DNA from: Dinoroseobacter sp.
Lineage (GTDB): Bacteria > Pseudomonadota > Alphaproteobacteria > Rhodobacterales > Rhodobacteraceae
Assembly (NCBI GenBank): GCA_030066795.1
Contig: JASJAW010000017.1
Coordinates: 22,959 to 86,958, forward strand
Direction: 5' to 3'
DNA length: 64,000 bases
Position numbers and translations under genes: made by a program. Positions 10,416 to 20,173 of this stretch are shown here, piece by piece. Position 1 is the first letter of the stretch, and every line of letters begins with the position of its first letter. Under the pieces are notes generated by a model that worked only from the letters and a program-made list of their open reading frames with translations, was not told where the DNA came from and made no database searches.

Positions 10416-10419
10416 AGCA

Positions 10420-10887
10420 ATGGCGCTCTACATCGATGCGGATGCATGCCCAGTGAAGAGTGAAGCCGAGCGGGTTGCGACACGTCACAGGGCGCGCATG
10501 TATCTTGTCTCGAACGGCGGCTTGCGGCCTTCGCAGAACCCTCTCATCGAGATTGTGATCGTTCCCGAAGGCCCGGACGTCGCGGACAAGTGGATTGCGG
10601 ACCGGGCCGAGAAGGGCGATGTCGTGGTGACAGCCGACATTCCGCTTGCGGCGCGCTGTGTCGAAAACGGCGCGCGGGTGCTCAAGCCAAATGGCGAAGC
10701 CTTGACGCAAGCTAATGTCGGAAACGCGCTTGCAACACGGGACCTGATGACAGACCTACGTGCGGCAGATCCTTTCCGGCAGGGCGGAGGGCGGGCATTT
10801 TCCCGTGCGGATCGCTCAAATTTCCTTAACGCGCTTGAGACAGAGATGCGTCGGGCAGCACAGGAGGCTTCAGGACATGGCAGTTGA
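10420..10887 (+). CDS. YaiI/YqxD (DUF188) family protein
   Basis: [33 protein letters not shown]. Confidence 0.9.
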   Translation: MALYIDADACPVKSEAERVATRHRARMYLVSNGGLRPSQNPLIEIVIVPEGPDVADKWIADRAEKGDVVVTADIPLAARCVENGARVLKPNGEALTQANVGNALATRDLMTDLRAADPFRQGGGRAFSRADRSNFLNALETEMRRAAQEASGHGS

Positions 10888-11521
10888 AGCCGTTGTATTC
10901 GACATCGGGAATGTGCTCATCGAGTGGCAGCCCGAGCGCTTCTATGACCGCGAGATCGGCGAAGCCGCGCGCAAGGCAATGTTTGCTGAGGTCGACCTGC
11001 ACGGCATGAACGACGTCGTCGATGCGGGGGGTAACTGGCGCGCGACAGTTTACGACTGGGCCGCGCGTTATCCTACGCACGAAAAGGCAATCCGGCTTTG
11101 GCACGACCGCTGGATTGAACTGGCCTCGCCGGTGATCCCGCATTCTGTTCACCTCCTGCGGCGCTTGCGAGCCAAGGGAGTTCCGGTCTTTGCGCTCACG
11201 AATTTCGGGATTGAAAGCTTTGACTATGCCAAGTCGATCTATCGTTTTCTCGAGGAGTTTGACCGGCCCTACGTCTCTGGGCATCTGGGGCTGATCAAAC
11301 CAGATCCGGCGATCTACGCGGCGGTCGAGGCCGACAGCGGCGTTTCCCCGAGTCGACTTCTATTTGCAGACGACCGCCCGGAGAACGTCGGAGCAGCCAA
11401 AGCCCGAGGGTGGCAGGGTCACGTGTTCACCGACCCGCAGGGTTGGGCGGATCGCTTGATTGCCGAGGGGCTGCTCACCGAACAGGAAGCGGCCTTCGCG
11501 GCCGGAGAGCACCCGATTTAG
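10877..11521 (+). CDS. HAD family phosphatase
   Basis: VVFDIGNVL motif [23 protein letters not shown]; ATG 10877 behind SD-like AGGA. Confidence 0.88.
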   Translation: MAVEAVVFDIGNVLIEWQPERFYDREIGEAARKAMFAEVDLHGMNDVVDAGGNWRATVYDWAARYPTHEKAIRLWHDRWIELASPVIPHSVHLLRRLRAKGVPVFALTNFGIESFDYAKSIYRFLEEFDRPYVSGHLGLIKPDPAIYAAVEADSGVSPSRLLFADDRPENVGAAKARGWQGHVFTDPQGWADRLIAEGLLTEQEAAFAAGEHPI

Positions 11522-12753
11522 GCGGGTATCGGCTGTGCGCGTTCACGAATGGGCAAGTGTACAATGGCTGAGAACAGCCCGACGCCGACGCCAACCCACC
11601 ACACCAGCGTGTAGTCGCCATAGACATCGTAGAGCCGGCCGCCCAGCCAAACGCCGAGGAAACTGCCAATCTGATGACTGAGGAACACAAACCCGTAGAG
11701 CGTTCCCATGTATTTCAGACCGTAGAGCTGACCGATCAGCCCCGAGGTGAGCGGGATTGTTGCAAGCCACAAAGAGCCCATGGCAAGCGAGAACAGGATC
11801 ACGGTCTCGGGGGTAATCGGCATCATTATGAAGGCAGCGGCCACCAAAGTGCGCGCGAAGTAAACCCCGGCAAGAAGGTTCTTCTTTAGGTAACGTTTTC
11901 CGGCCCAGCCCGCCGCTAGCACCCCCACGATATTCGCAAGCCCAATCAGAGAGATCGCGACAGCTCCGAGGGCTGACGTGGTCGAAATACCGATCCCGGC
12001 GAGTACGCCTGATGGATTAATCGGGCCGCAAAGCTCTGTTACGAATGCCGGGAAGTGCGCCGTGATGAAGCCCAATTGATAGCCGCAGGAAAAGAACCCG
12101 AGAAAGATCAGTGTGAAGCTTGGGTCGCGTAAGGCGCGTGTTAGCGCCGCTCCCATCGGCTCGGGGGCCGGTCCACCAGCCGGTTTCGGAGCAGACTTGA
12201 GGGCCGGCAACACAAGGGCCGTTGCCAGGATCGCGGCCGCAAAAACCAGAAACACCGACTGCAGAGGGATGGCTTGCAGCAAGACCTCTGCGACAGGGGG
12301 GCCGACGATTTGCCCGGCAGACCCGGCTGCAGTTGCGATTGCCAGCGCCATTGATCGATGCTCGTCACTCGATGCACGCCCAACGATGGCGAGGATCAGC
12401 CCCATGCCGGTGCCGGCAATTCCGAAGCCCACGAGCATTTCAAGAAGATTGTGCTGGCCAGGGGTCGTCGCGAATGCGCTCAGCGATAGGCCGAAGACAT
12501 AGATCAGAATGCCCAGCAGGATGGCCTTGCGGTCCGAGAACTTCTCGGCGATCGCGCCAAAAATTGGGGCGCCGATGCCCCATGCGAGATTCTGGATGGC
12601 AATTGCCAAAGAGAAATCGCTGCGCAACCAGCCGTATTCTTCCTGAATCGGGATCTGAAAGACGCCGAATGCAGACCGGATGGCGAAGCTGACGAGGATA
12701 ATTGCGCATCCAGCCAGCAACACGGGAGTGATAAGAGGGGCACGGTGTTCCAT
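11518..12753 (-). CDS. MFS transporter
   Basis: About 12 TM helices, NLAWGIGAPIFGAIAE, SHQIGSFLGVWLGG; start taken at MEHRAP (12753). Confidence 0.88.
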   Translation of the reverse strand: MEHRAPLITPVLLAGCAIILVSFAIRSAFGVFQIPIQEEYGWLRSDFSLAIAIQNLAWGIGAPIFGAIAEKFSDRKAILLGILIYVFGLSLSAFATTPGQHNLLEMLVGFGIAGTGMGLILAIVGRASSDEHRSMALAIATAAGSAGQIVGPPVAEVLLQAIPLQSVFLVFAAAILATALVLPALKSAPKPAGGPAPEPMGAALTRALRDPSFTLIFLGFFSCGYQLGFITAHFPAFVTELCGPINPSGVLAGIGISTTSALGAVAISLIGLANIVGVLAAGWAGKRYLKKNLLAGVYFARTLVAAAFIMMPITPETVILFSLAMGSLWLATIPLTSGLIGQLYGLKYMGTLYGFVFLSHQIGSFLGVWLGGRLYDVYGDYTLVWWVGVGVGLFSAIVHLPIRERAQPIPA

Positions 12754-12851
12754 ACCGCGCAACATGCTCTGCCGTCTCTTCGGCGACAAACGAATTTTTC
12801 TGGTCCTTCACATCAAGATCGCTTAACCGAAACGTCGCGAAGGAAAGGCCC

Positions 12852-13940
12852 ATGACTACGCTCACAGACCGATACCACGCGCTCGCTGCGGAGGGCGAGA
12901 TCACGACGGACGCCGCGCAGGTGGCCGCGCTGCATGTGTTGGAGGAGGTGGAAAAGGCGCTCCTTGCCACAGCTCCTAAAAAGCGTGGGTTGCTGGGCCG
13001 TTTCTCAAAACCCGAAGCGCCAACTGGCAAACGCGGTGCCTACCTTTGGGGTGGAGTTGGACGCGGCAAGTCGATGTTGATGGATCTGTTCTACGATCAT
13101 GTACCGGTGGAGGCGAAACGCCGCGTACACTTCCACGCCTTTATGCAGGAGATGCACGCCAAGTTGCACGAGATACGCAAAACAGGTGTCGACGATGCGC
13201 TGGCCCCAGTTGCAACCGAGGTTGCGGAGGCGACGCGGCTGCTCTGTTTCGACGAGATGCAGATTACCGATATCACCGACGCCATGCTGGTCGGGCGACT
13301 GTTCGACCTTCTCTTTGCCGATGGTGTGGTGATCGTGACCACCTCCAATCGCGTGCCCGATGATCTCTATAAAGACGGCCTTAACCGCAATCTGTTTGTG
13401 CCTTTCATTGAGACGATTAAAGATCGGTTGATCGTGCATGAGCTTCTGTCTGAAACGGACTATCGCCAGAACCGCCTGACTGGCGCGCAACGCTACTTCG
13501 CTCTCAAGGGAGCAGAGGCGCGCGCGCAACTCGATGCCATCTGGGAGGATCTGACCGGGGGCGAAAACCACCCGCTGACGCTCACCGTTAAAGGCCGCGC
13601 GCTGGAAATCCCGCGCTATCACAATGGGGTTGCGCGCATGCGGTTCTGGGAGCTTTGCGGTCAGCCCCTCGGTCCCGGCGATTATCTGGCGCTGGCGGGA
13701 GCGGTGCGGGTTCTGGTCGTTGACGATATACCGGAGTTGGGACGGTCCAATTTCAACGAAGCCAAGCGGTTCGTCACCCTGATCGACGCGCTTTACGAGG
13801 CCAATGTACAGCTGATCTGTTCTACCGCAGCACAGCCGGAGATGCTTTATGTCGAAGGGCCGGGGATGTTCGAGTTCGAACGTACGGCGTCGCGCCTGCG
13901 CGAAATGCAGGATGCCACGTGGGGGCAGGATGCTGACTAG
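12852..13940 (+). CDS. zapE: Cell division ATPase ZapE (AFG1 family)
   Basis: YLWGGVGRGKSMLMD Walker A, RVHFHAFM, CFDEMQITDITDAM, TSNRVPDDLY, RFVTLIDALYE, FERTASRL.EM. Confidence 0.93.
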   Translation: MTTLTDRYHALAAEGEITTDAAQVAALHVLEEVEKALLATAPKKRGLLGRFSKPEAPTGKRGAYLWGGVGRGKSMLMDLFYDHVPVEAKRRVHFHAFMQEMHAKLHEIRKTGVDDALAPVATEVAEATRLLCFDEMQITDITDAMLVGRLFDLLFADGVVIVTTSNRVPDDLYKDGLNRNLFVPFIETIKDRLIVHELLSETDYRQNRLTGAQRYFALKGAEARAQLDAIWEDLTGGENHPLTLTVKGRALEIPRYHNGVARMRFWELCGQPLGPGDYLALAGAVRVLVVDDIPELGRSNFNEAKRFVTLIDALYEANVQLICSTAAQPEMLYVEGPGMFEFERTASRLREMQDATWGQDAD

Positions 13941-13942
13941 AC

Positions 13943-13971
13943 AGAGCCGCGCGTTCCAGCGCGGCTCTTTG
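13943..13971 (+). terminator. Intrinsic terminator between convergent zapE and peroxiredoxin
   Basis: AGAGCCGCGC-gttcca-GCGCGGCTCT followed by TT. Confidence 0.65.
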
Positions 13972-13987
13972 TTGTGATGGCTCGGGC

Positions 13988-14470
13988 TTAGATCGCCTCG
14001 AGCATGGCCTCGCCGCCTGAGGTTTCGCAGACACCCGGGCTTTCCTCGGCGTGCAACACCTTGATAACGCCGTCCTCGGCATAAAGCGCGTACCGCTTCG
14101 AGCGGGCGTGAAGACCCACGGGCGGCGCGTCAAATGCCATCTTCATTGCGGTTGTGAACGCGCTTTCCGGGTCCCCCAGCATGGTGATCCCGGCATCGTT
14201 GGCCGCCGTCGCTTCACCCCAGGCTTTCATGACGAAAGGATCATTGACCGAGACACAGACAATCTCGTCAACGCCCTTTTCATCAAACGCTTCTTTGGTG
14301 CGAATGAAACTTGGAACATGCGCGGAATGGCACGTAGGTGTGTATGCTCCTGGTACGGCAAAAATAATGACCTTACGCCCACCCGTCAGGCTGGAAATCG
14401 ACACGGCTTCCGGCCCGTCTGTGCCCATTTTGATCAAATCCGCTTCGGGCAGTTTGTCACCCACCTGCAT
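13988..14470 (-). CDS. Peroxiredoxin, Prx5 type
   Basis: VPGAYTPTCHSAHVP peroxidatic Cys, CVSVNDPFVMKAW, RSKRYA; SD AAGGAG before ATG 14470. Confidence 0.92.
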   Translation of the reverse strand: MQVGDKLPEADLIKMGTDGPEAVSISSLTGGRKVIIFAVPGAYTPTCHSAHVPSFIRTKEAFDEKGVDEIVCVSVNDPFVMKAWGEATAANDAGITMLGDPESAFTTAMKMAFDAPPVGLHARSKRYALYAEDGVIKVLHAEESPGVCETSGGEAMLEAI

Positions 14471-14558
14471 TGGCAATCTCCTTCGCGTTGCGTTTTCCTG
14501 TCCAGCGCATATAGCGTGGCCTTGGCCGGACACCAGTGCTGAAGGGGAGGCGGGTCCC

Positions 14559-15764
14559 ATGTCTCATATTGTCGTGATCGGAGCCGGCCAGGCCGGGGCA
14601 TCGCTTGTCGCAAAACTGCGTAGCCTTGGGCATCACGGGAAGATCACTCTGATCGGAGAAGAATCCGCACCGCCTTACCAGCGACCGCCCTTGTCCAAGG
14701 CCTATCTGCTGGGAGAGATGGAGGAGGAACGCCTCTATCTCCGGCCTGAGAGTTTTTACGCCGAGAACCGGATCGAGTTGCGTCTCGGTCAGCCGGTAAA
14801 GGCGATTGACGCGGGTGCTAAGACGATCGTTGTCGGGGAGGACACGGTTTCTTACGACCAGCTTGCGCTGACGACCGGGTCGGTCCCTCGCCGCCTGCCG
14901 GCTGCTATCGGCGGAACGCTCAACGGCGTGTTCACGGTGCGCACGCTGTCCGATGTCGATGCCATGCAACCCGAAATGACCGCGGGCAAGCGCGTGCTGA
15001 TTGTCGGCGGCGGCTATATTGGTTTGGAGGCTGCTGCGGTTGCGGCCAAACTTGGCCTGGAGGTGACGTTGGTCGAGATGGCGGATCGGATCCTGCAGCG
15101 GGTCGCGGCCCCCGAAACCTCTGACTTCTTCCGCGCACTTCACAAGGAGCATGGGGTCGATCTGCGAGAAGGTGTCGGACTAGACCGCTTGACCGGCGCC
15201 GACCGGGTGGAAGGTGCGGTTTTGACCGACAGCACCGAACTTGCACTCGATCTAGTAATTGTCGGCGTCGGGATTTCCCCGGCGACGCAAGTGGCGCAAG
15301 AGGCGGGACTGACCCTCGATGACGGGATCGCGGTCGATGCGTTCGGGCGGACGTCTGACCCGTCGATCTGGGCAGCAGGGGATTGCGCATCGCTGCCTTA
15401 TCGCGGTGCACGAATTCGGCTCGAGTCCGTACAGAACGCAATCGATCAAGCGGAGGCGGTCGCGGCAAACATGCTTGGCGCAGATCAACCATACGTGCCA
15501 AAGCCGTGGTTCTGGTCAGATCAGTATGACGTCAAACTCCAGATCGCAGGTCTGAACACCGGATACGACACGGTCATCACCCGACAAGACGAAAGCGCGG
15601 TGTCTCATTGGTACTATTCTGGAGCGGTCCTTTTGGCCGTGGATGCGATGAATGCTCCGCGTGCCTATATGGTCGGAAAGCGTCTGATCGAAAGCGGCAG
15701 ATCCCCGGACCCGTCACAGGTTGGCGACCCTGAGACCGACCTGAAAGCGTTGATGCGGGCATGA
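14559..15764 (+). CDS. NAD(P)/FAD-dependent ferredoxin reductase-like oxidoreductase
   Basis: VIGAGQAG, PYQRPPLSKAYL, IVGGGYIGLEAA, IWAAGDCA, RLESVQNA, PWFWSDQYD. Confidence 0.9.
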   Translation: MSHIVVIGAGQAGASLVAKLRSLGHHGKITLIGEESAPPYQRPPLSKAYLLGEMEEERLYLRPESFYAENRIELRLGQPVKAIDAGAKTIVVGEDTVSYDQLALTTGSVPRRLPAAIGGTLNGVFTVRTLSDVDAMQPEMTAGKRVLIVGGGYIGLEAAAVAAKLGLEVTLVEMADRILQRVAAPETSDFFRALHKEHGVDLREGVGLDRLTGADRVEGAVLTDSTELALDLVIVGVGISPATQVAQEAGLTLDDGIAVDAFGRTSDPSIWAAGDCASLPYRGARIRLESVQNAIDQAEAVAANMLGADQPYVPKPWFWSDQYDVKLQIAGLNTGYDTVITRQDESAVSHWYYSGAVLLAVDAMNAPRAYMVGKRLIESGRSPDPSQVGDPETDLKALMRA

Positions 15765-16315
15765 GGATCATTGCCGGGCGTTTCGGCGGCCGCAGGCTGG
15801 CGCAGGTCGGCAAAGGCGATGCCGCCGCGCATTTGCGGCCGACACCTGACCGCGTGCGCGAGGCGCTCTTTTCGTCCCTCAGCTCTGGCGTCTATGGCGA
15901 CCCGATTTCGAACGCTCGCGTACTCGATCTTTTTGCAGGAACCGGCGCTTTAGGTTTGGAAGCACTGTCGCGCGGCGCGTCGTCGGTTACCTTCGTCGAA
16001 AATGGCCGAGCAGCACAGAATCTTCTACAGCAAAACATAGACGCGCTCGGAGTTTCGGCGGAAACGACCCTGCAGCGACGCGATGCATTGAAGCGCGGTG
16101 AAAACGCTGGCGCGCCCTTCGATCTGATCTTCCTTGATCCGCCTTATGGCAAGAACCTCGGCGCGCGGGCGCTGGAACTCCCCGGTTGGATCGCCCCCGG
16201 AGCCCTTGTCGTTTGGGAAGATTCCACGCCACAGCACCCGCCGGAAGGTTTTGTTTTGCGCGATCAGCGCAGGTATGGTGACACATGCATCACCGTGATG
16301 GAGGCGTTAGGATGA
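15761..16315 (+). CDS. rsmD: 16S rRNA m2G966 methyltransferase
   Basis: MRIIAG, LRPTPDRVREALF, VLDLFAGTGALGLEALSRGA, FLDPPY. Confidence 0.93.
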   Translation: MRIIAGRFGGRRLAQVGKGDAAAHLRPTPDRVREALFSSLSSGVYGDPISNARVLDLFAGTGALGLEALSRGASSVTFVENGRAAQNLLQQNIDALGVSAETTLQRRDALKRGENAGAPFDLIFLDPPYGKNLGARALELPGWIAPGALVVWEDSTPQHPPEGFVLRDQRRYGDTCITVMEALG

Positions 16316-16500
16316 CCAGTCTTACCTCAGCATTTGCGCCCGCGACGCGGCCTGACGCGGACACGGGTAAGCCTCGCCCTCCGTCGCCCGGTCCGGTCCT
16401 TATAGGGGATATCCTTTTCGCGCGCTGCGGCCGACCCAGCCTGCTTACACTTTGGGCTGCATGGGAAGCTTACCCAACCCAAGAAGAAAGCCGCCCCTGA
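16312..16500 (+). CDS. Possible small hypothetical protein (62 aa)
   Basis: ATG overlaps the rsmD TGA (ATGA) and has GGAGG 7 nt upstream; no recognisable motif. Confidence 0.3.
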   Translation: MTSLTSAFAPATRPDADTGKPRPPSPGPVLIGDILFARCGRPSLLTLWAAWEAYPTQEESRP

Positions 16501-16513
16501 AGGAGCGGCTTTC
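16481..16513 (-). terminator. Intrinsic terminator of dctP
   Basis: Minus strand GAAAGCCGC-tccttcaggg-GCGGCTTTC followed by TTCTT. Confidence 0.65.
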
Positions 16514-16532
16514 AGAAACCGTTAGAGGACAC

Positions 16533-17582
16533 TCAGTTCGTCGGTGTGCCGGATCCGCGCGTGACCTGAACTGCAGCCTGCGCATCCGAGACAAGGGCCG
16601 CTCCATCAAGGCCTTTGGACGTCATCTCCGCGACCCAAGCGGCGGTCACCTCTTCACCAAGCACGGCAATCTCAGCACTTAGTTCTTCAGACATAGTTGC
16701 GATCTCGTTGCCCGCATCGGACATCGCCTGTTTGCCAACCGCGTCACCAGTATCGTGCGCCCGACCCGCCCATGCAGAAGCATAAAAGCCCGAGTTCGCA
16801 TCGATCACGGCCTTCAGATCATCTGGAAGGCTGTCATACTTGGCCTTGTTCATCGCCCAGATGAAATAGAGGTTGTAGAGGCTCTTGTCGCCGGCCACGT
16901 CTGTGTGGCTGTCGGTCAGCTCATCAAGCTTGAGCGACGGTGACATCTCCCATGTGATCACGCCACCATCGACCACCCCGCGCGCGAGTGCCTCCGGAAA
17001 GGCAGGCACGGCCATGCCCACGGGCGTTGCGCCGAGGCGTTCCAACAGAAGCGTGGCCGGGCGCGAGGGTCCGCGTAACTTCAATCCATTGAAATCTTCG
17101 AGCGCCGAGATGGCAGGGCCTTTTTTATGTACCAATCCGCGACCATGCATATGGGCGGCGATCACGTGAACGTCCGCGAAGTCGTCCATGAGGTGTTTTT
17201 GCGTGTAGATCCATGCCGCCTTGGAGGCTTCTTCACCTGACTTGGTGACCATAAACGGCAATTCCATAGCCTCGGCTTCCGGGAACCGACCTGGCTGGTA
17301 TCCGGGAATGACCCAACCGCCGTCTACTGCGCCGTCACGGATCAGGTCATACATGTTCGGAGCTTTGCCTCCGAGCTGCATGAACGGGTAAAGCTCCACC
17401 TTGATCCGGCCCTTGCTGTCAGCCTCGATCTTACGCGCCCAAGGCTCCATGAAGTAGGTAGGGTTCGCGCTGAGCGGGGAGACAAAATGCTGAAAGCGGA
17501 GCGTCACTTCCTGTGCAAGAGCAGGAAGAGCGGCGAAGCTCAGGGCTGCGGCCAAGGCCGTTGGTTTGAATGGGAAGGTCAT
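16533..17582 (-). CDS. TRAP transporter substrate-binding protein (DctP family), orphan
   Basis: Signal peptide ending ALA-Q, YPFMQLGG, PGYQPGRFP.AEAMELPF, GLKLRGP, EALARGVVDG; SD GGAGG before ATG 17582. Confidence 0.88.
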   Translation of the reverse strand: MTFPFKPTALAAALSFAALPALAQEVTLRFQHFVSPLSANPTYFMEPWARKIEADSKGRIKVELYPFMQLGGKAPNMYDLIRDGAVDGGWVIPGYQPGRFPEAEAMELPFMVTKSGEEASKAAWIYTQKHLMDDFADVHVIAAHMHGRGLVHKKGPAISALEDFNGLKLRGPSRPATLLLERLGATPVGMAVPAFPEALARGVVDGGVITWEMSPSLKLDELTDSHTDVAGDKSLYNLYFIWAMNKAKYDSLPDDLKAVIDANSGFYASAWAGRAHDTGDAVGKQAMSDAGNEIATMSEELSAEIAVLGEEVTAAWVAEMTSKGLDGAALVSDAQAAVQVTRGSGTPTN

Positions 17583-17793
17583 TTCGGGGCCTCCGTCTGG
17601 GAGAAAGATCAAAGGCGCAGGCAGATACCGGCGCAGTCATACAGGTAAGCGGTGTAAATCGGTTTCGCCCGGAAATGGCAAGCAACGGCCCGGTCTTAAA
17701 GTGCCGCATATGGGTCAGCGCCCTGAATTTAAAGCAAAAATAGCTGGCGGGGAAAACTCGCCGAATATTCCCTTAGCCACATGGAAACCAGGG

Positions 17794-18612
17794 TTAGCCG
17801 GCCTGATAGGTCGGATGGAAAAGACCGCCTGGCGACAGTGTGAAGATGTCAAATCCGTCCGAGGTCACGCCGATCGAGTGCTCGAACTGAGCCGAAAGCG
17901 ACTTGTCGCGTGTTACGGCTGTCCAGTCATCTGAAAGGATCTTGGTTTCGGGTCGTCCCAGATTGACCATCGGCTCTATGGTAAAGAACATGCCTTCCTC
18001 GAGGACGGGGCCGGTGCCAGGGCGCCCGTAGTGCAGCACATTGGGTGGGGCGTGAAACACGCGACCAAGACCATGCCCGCAGAAATCGCGAACAACACTC
18101 ATACGGTGTTTTTCAACATAAGACTGGATGGCATGCCCAATATCGCCAAACGTATTGCCCGGTTTGACGGCCTCGATGCCGAACATGAGCGCGTCGTGAG
18201 TGACCTGAACGAGACGTTCAGCTTTACGGTTCATGCTACCTGCCACGAACATTCTGCTGGTGTCGCCAAACCATTCGTCCACGATTACTGTTACGTCGAT
18301 ATTCAGGATATCGCCGTCTTTCAGCTTTTTCGGGCCGGGAATGCCATGACACACAACGTGGTTGATCGAAATACAGGAGCCGTGCTGATAGCCCTTGTAC
18401 CCAATCGTAGCCGATGTCGCGCCTGCGTCGTCGACCATCTTCGTAATAAGACGGTCCAGCTCTTCGGTTGTCTGTCCCGGATAAACATGTGGGATAATAT
18501 CGTCGAGGATCTGCGCAGCCAAAGCGCCGGCTTTATGCATTCCCGCGAAATCCTCCGCCTCGTGTAGCCGGATTCCGTCCTTGGTCAGTCTGTGGCGCGG
18601 ATGTTCGTTCAA
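17794..18612 (-). CDS. map: Methionine aminopeptidase type I
   Basis: CISINHVVCHGIP, DILNIDVT, GDTSRMF, FCGHGLG..FH, FTIEPM, SAQFEHSI; TTG start with AGGAG SD. Confidence 0.95.
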   Translation of the reverse strand: MNEHPRHRLTKDGIRLHEAEDFAGMHKAGALAAQILDDIIPHVYPGQTTEELDRLITKMVDDAGATSATIGYKGYQHGSCISINHVVCHGIPGPKKLKDGDILNIDVTVIVDEWFGDTSRMFVAGSMNRKAERLVQVTHDALMFGIEAVKPGNTFGDIGHAIQSYVEKHRMSVVRDFCGHGLGRVFHAPPNVLHYGRPGTGPVLEEGMFFTIEPMVNLGRPETKILSDDWTAVTRDKSLSAQFEHSIGVTSDGFDIFTLSPGGLFHPTYQAG

Positions 18613-18668
18613 GCGTTAACTCCTGTTCCCGGCGGAACATAGGGTGTCAGGGGCGGGGATACCAGACC

Positions 18669-19397
18669 TCAGTCGATTGTGGATTGAAGTGCGGCGTCGA
18701 TTGGAAGAGCTGATCCAATCTCGACGCCTCTTGTGTCTATCTTGGTTCCGTAACACAGCATCTCAACCCCCGATGCCCGCGCCGCATCGAATGCAGCCGC
18801 ATAATCCGGGTCCAGATCTGCGGCCATCTTCAGGCGCGCGCAATCGGTGCGCTGGACGAGATACAGCATAATGGCACGGTGTCCGGCGTTGACCATTTTG
18901 CTCAGCTCTGCGAGGTGCTTCGCCCCCCGTTTTGTTATGCTGTCGGGAAACTCGGCCCAATCGTCTTCCCGTCGCAGGTGCACGTTCTTCACTTCGACAT
19001 AGGCATCTGGCAGGCCTTCCGCGCTGCACAGAAAATCGACGCGGCTGTTCGTGCCGTATTTTACCTCGGCCCGGATTTTGGAATACTCGGCCACCTCGGC
19101 AACAGTTCCCGCTCGCAGAGCCTCTCCGACCACGCGGTTCGGAACCGATGTGTCGATCCCCGACCAATGCCCGTCTTCCAGCTCGACGAGCCGCCAACCG
19201 TATTTCAGTTTTTTCTTCGGATCGTCGTTAGGCTCAAGCCAAATACGCAGGCCGGGCTCCTTCAACCCCATCATCGACCCCGGGTTAGGGCAATGCGCCC
19301 GCACGACCTCACCTGTTTCCATCAGCTCGGCATCGGTCAGGAACCGATTGTAGCGGCGGATTAGCCGCGCGGGTATGAGTTCGGTTTGAAAGCGCAC
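18669..19397 (-). CDS. sfsA: DNA/RNA nuclease SfsA
   Basis: RRYNRFL.D, AHCPNPGSM.GL, RVDF, YVEVKNV, AEFPD..TKRGAKHL.EL; GTG start at 19397 inferred. Confidence 0.92.
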   Translation of the reverse strand: MRFQTELIPARLIRRYNRFLTDAELMETGEVVRAHCPNPGSMMGLKEPGLRIWLEPNDDPKKKLKYGWRLVELEDGHWSGIDTSVPNRVVGEALRAGTVAEVAEYSKIRAEVKYGTNSRVDFLCSAEGLPDAYVEVKNVHLRREDDWAEFPDSITKRGAKHLAELSKMVNAGHRAIMLYLVQRTDCARLKMAADLDPDYAAAFDAARASGVEMLCYGTKIDTRGVEIGSALPIDAALQSTID

Positions 19398-19444
19398 GTT
19401 GAGCGACCTATACCGACCATAGGGGGCCGACAAGGGAGCGGGAT

Positions 19445-20173
19445 ATGGAAAATCCAACAGCAGCAATGGTCGTCATCGGGGACGAGATCCTGTCTGGGCG
19501 GACACAAGACAAAAACATGCATTTTCTGGCCGGAGCCCTCTCGGAGAAAGGAATCCCCCTGCGGGAAGCGCGGGTGATTGCAGACGACAACGCCACCATC
19601 GTGTCCACGGTGAAGGCGCTGTCGAAGATTTATACGCATGTGTTCACCTCCGGTGGGATTGGACCGACCCATGACGACATCACAGCCGATGCCATTGCGG
19701 AAGCCCTAGGCGCTTCGATTGATGTGCGTGAGGATGCGCGCGCGCTCCTGCAGGCGCACTATGACCGGAACGGGACCGAGTTGAACGCGGCTCGGCTGCG
19801 GATGGCGCGCGTTCCGGACGGCGCAATCCTGATAGACAATCCTATCAGTGCAGCGCCGGGGTTCACCTTGGGCAACGTGCATGTCATGGCTGGTGTGCCG
19901 TCAGTATTTCAGGCGATGGTGGCCTCCGTGCTACCGGGCTTGACCGGCGGCACGCCACTTCTTTCTGAAAGCCTGCGGGTGAACCGCCCGGAAGGCGAAC
20001 TCGCGGGGCCGCTGGGTACAGCCGCTGAGACCTATCCCGACCTGTCATTCGGCTCGTATCCATTCATCCGGGAGGGTGTGTTTGGCGCAAACCTCGTCGT
20101 GCGTGGGACAGATGAAACCCGGCTTGCGGAAGCCGTGGCTTATCTTCGGGACGCGTTTCCCGACGCGGCATGA
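19445..20173 (+). CDS. Competence/damage-inducible protein A-like molybdopterin-binding protein
   Basis: VIGDEILSGRTQDKN, TSGGIGPTHDDIT, NPISAAPGF, MAGVP. Confidence 0.88.
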   Translation: MENPTAAMVVIGDEILSGRTQDKNMHFLAGALSEKGIPLREARVIADDNATIVSTVKALSKIYTHVFTSGGIGPTHDDITADAIAEALGASIDVREDARALLQAHYDRNGTELNAARLRMARVPDGAILIDNPISAAPGFTLGNVHVMAGVPSVFQAMVASVLPGLTGGTPLLSESLRVNRPEGELAGPLGTAAETYPDLSFGSYPFIREGVFGANLVVRGTDETRLAEAVAYLRDAFPDAA

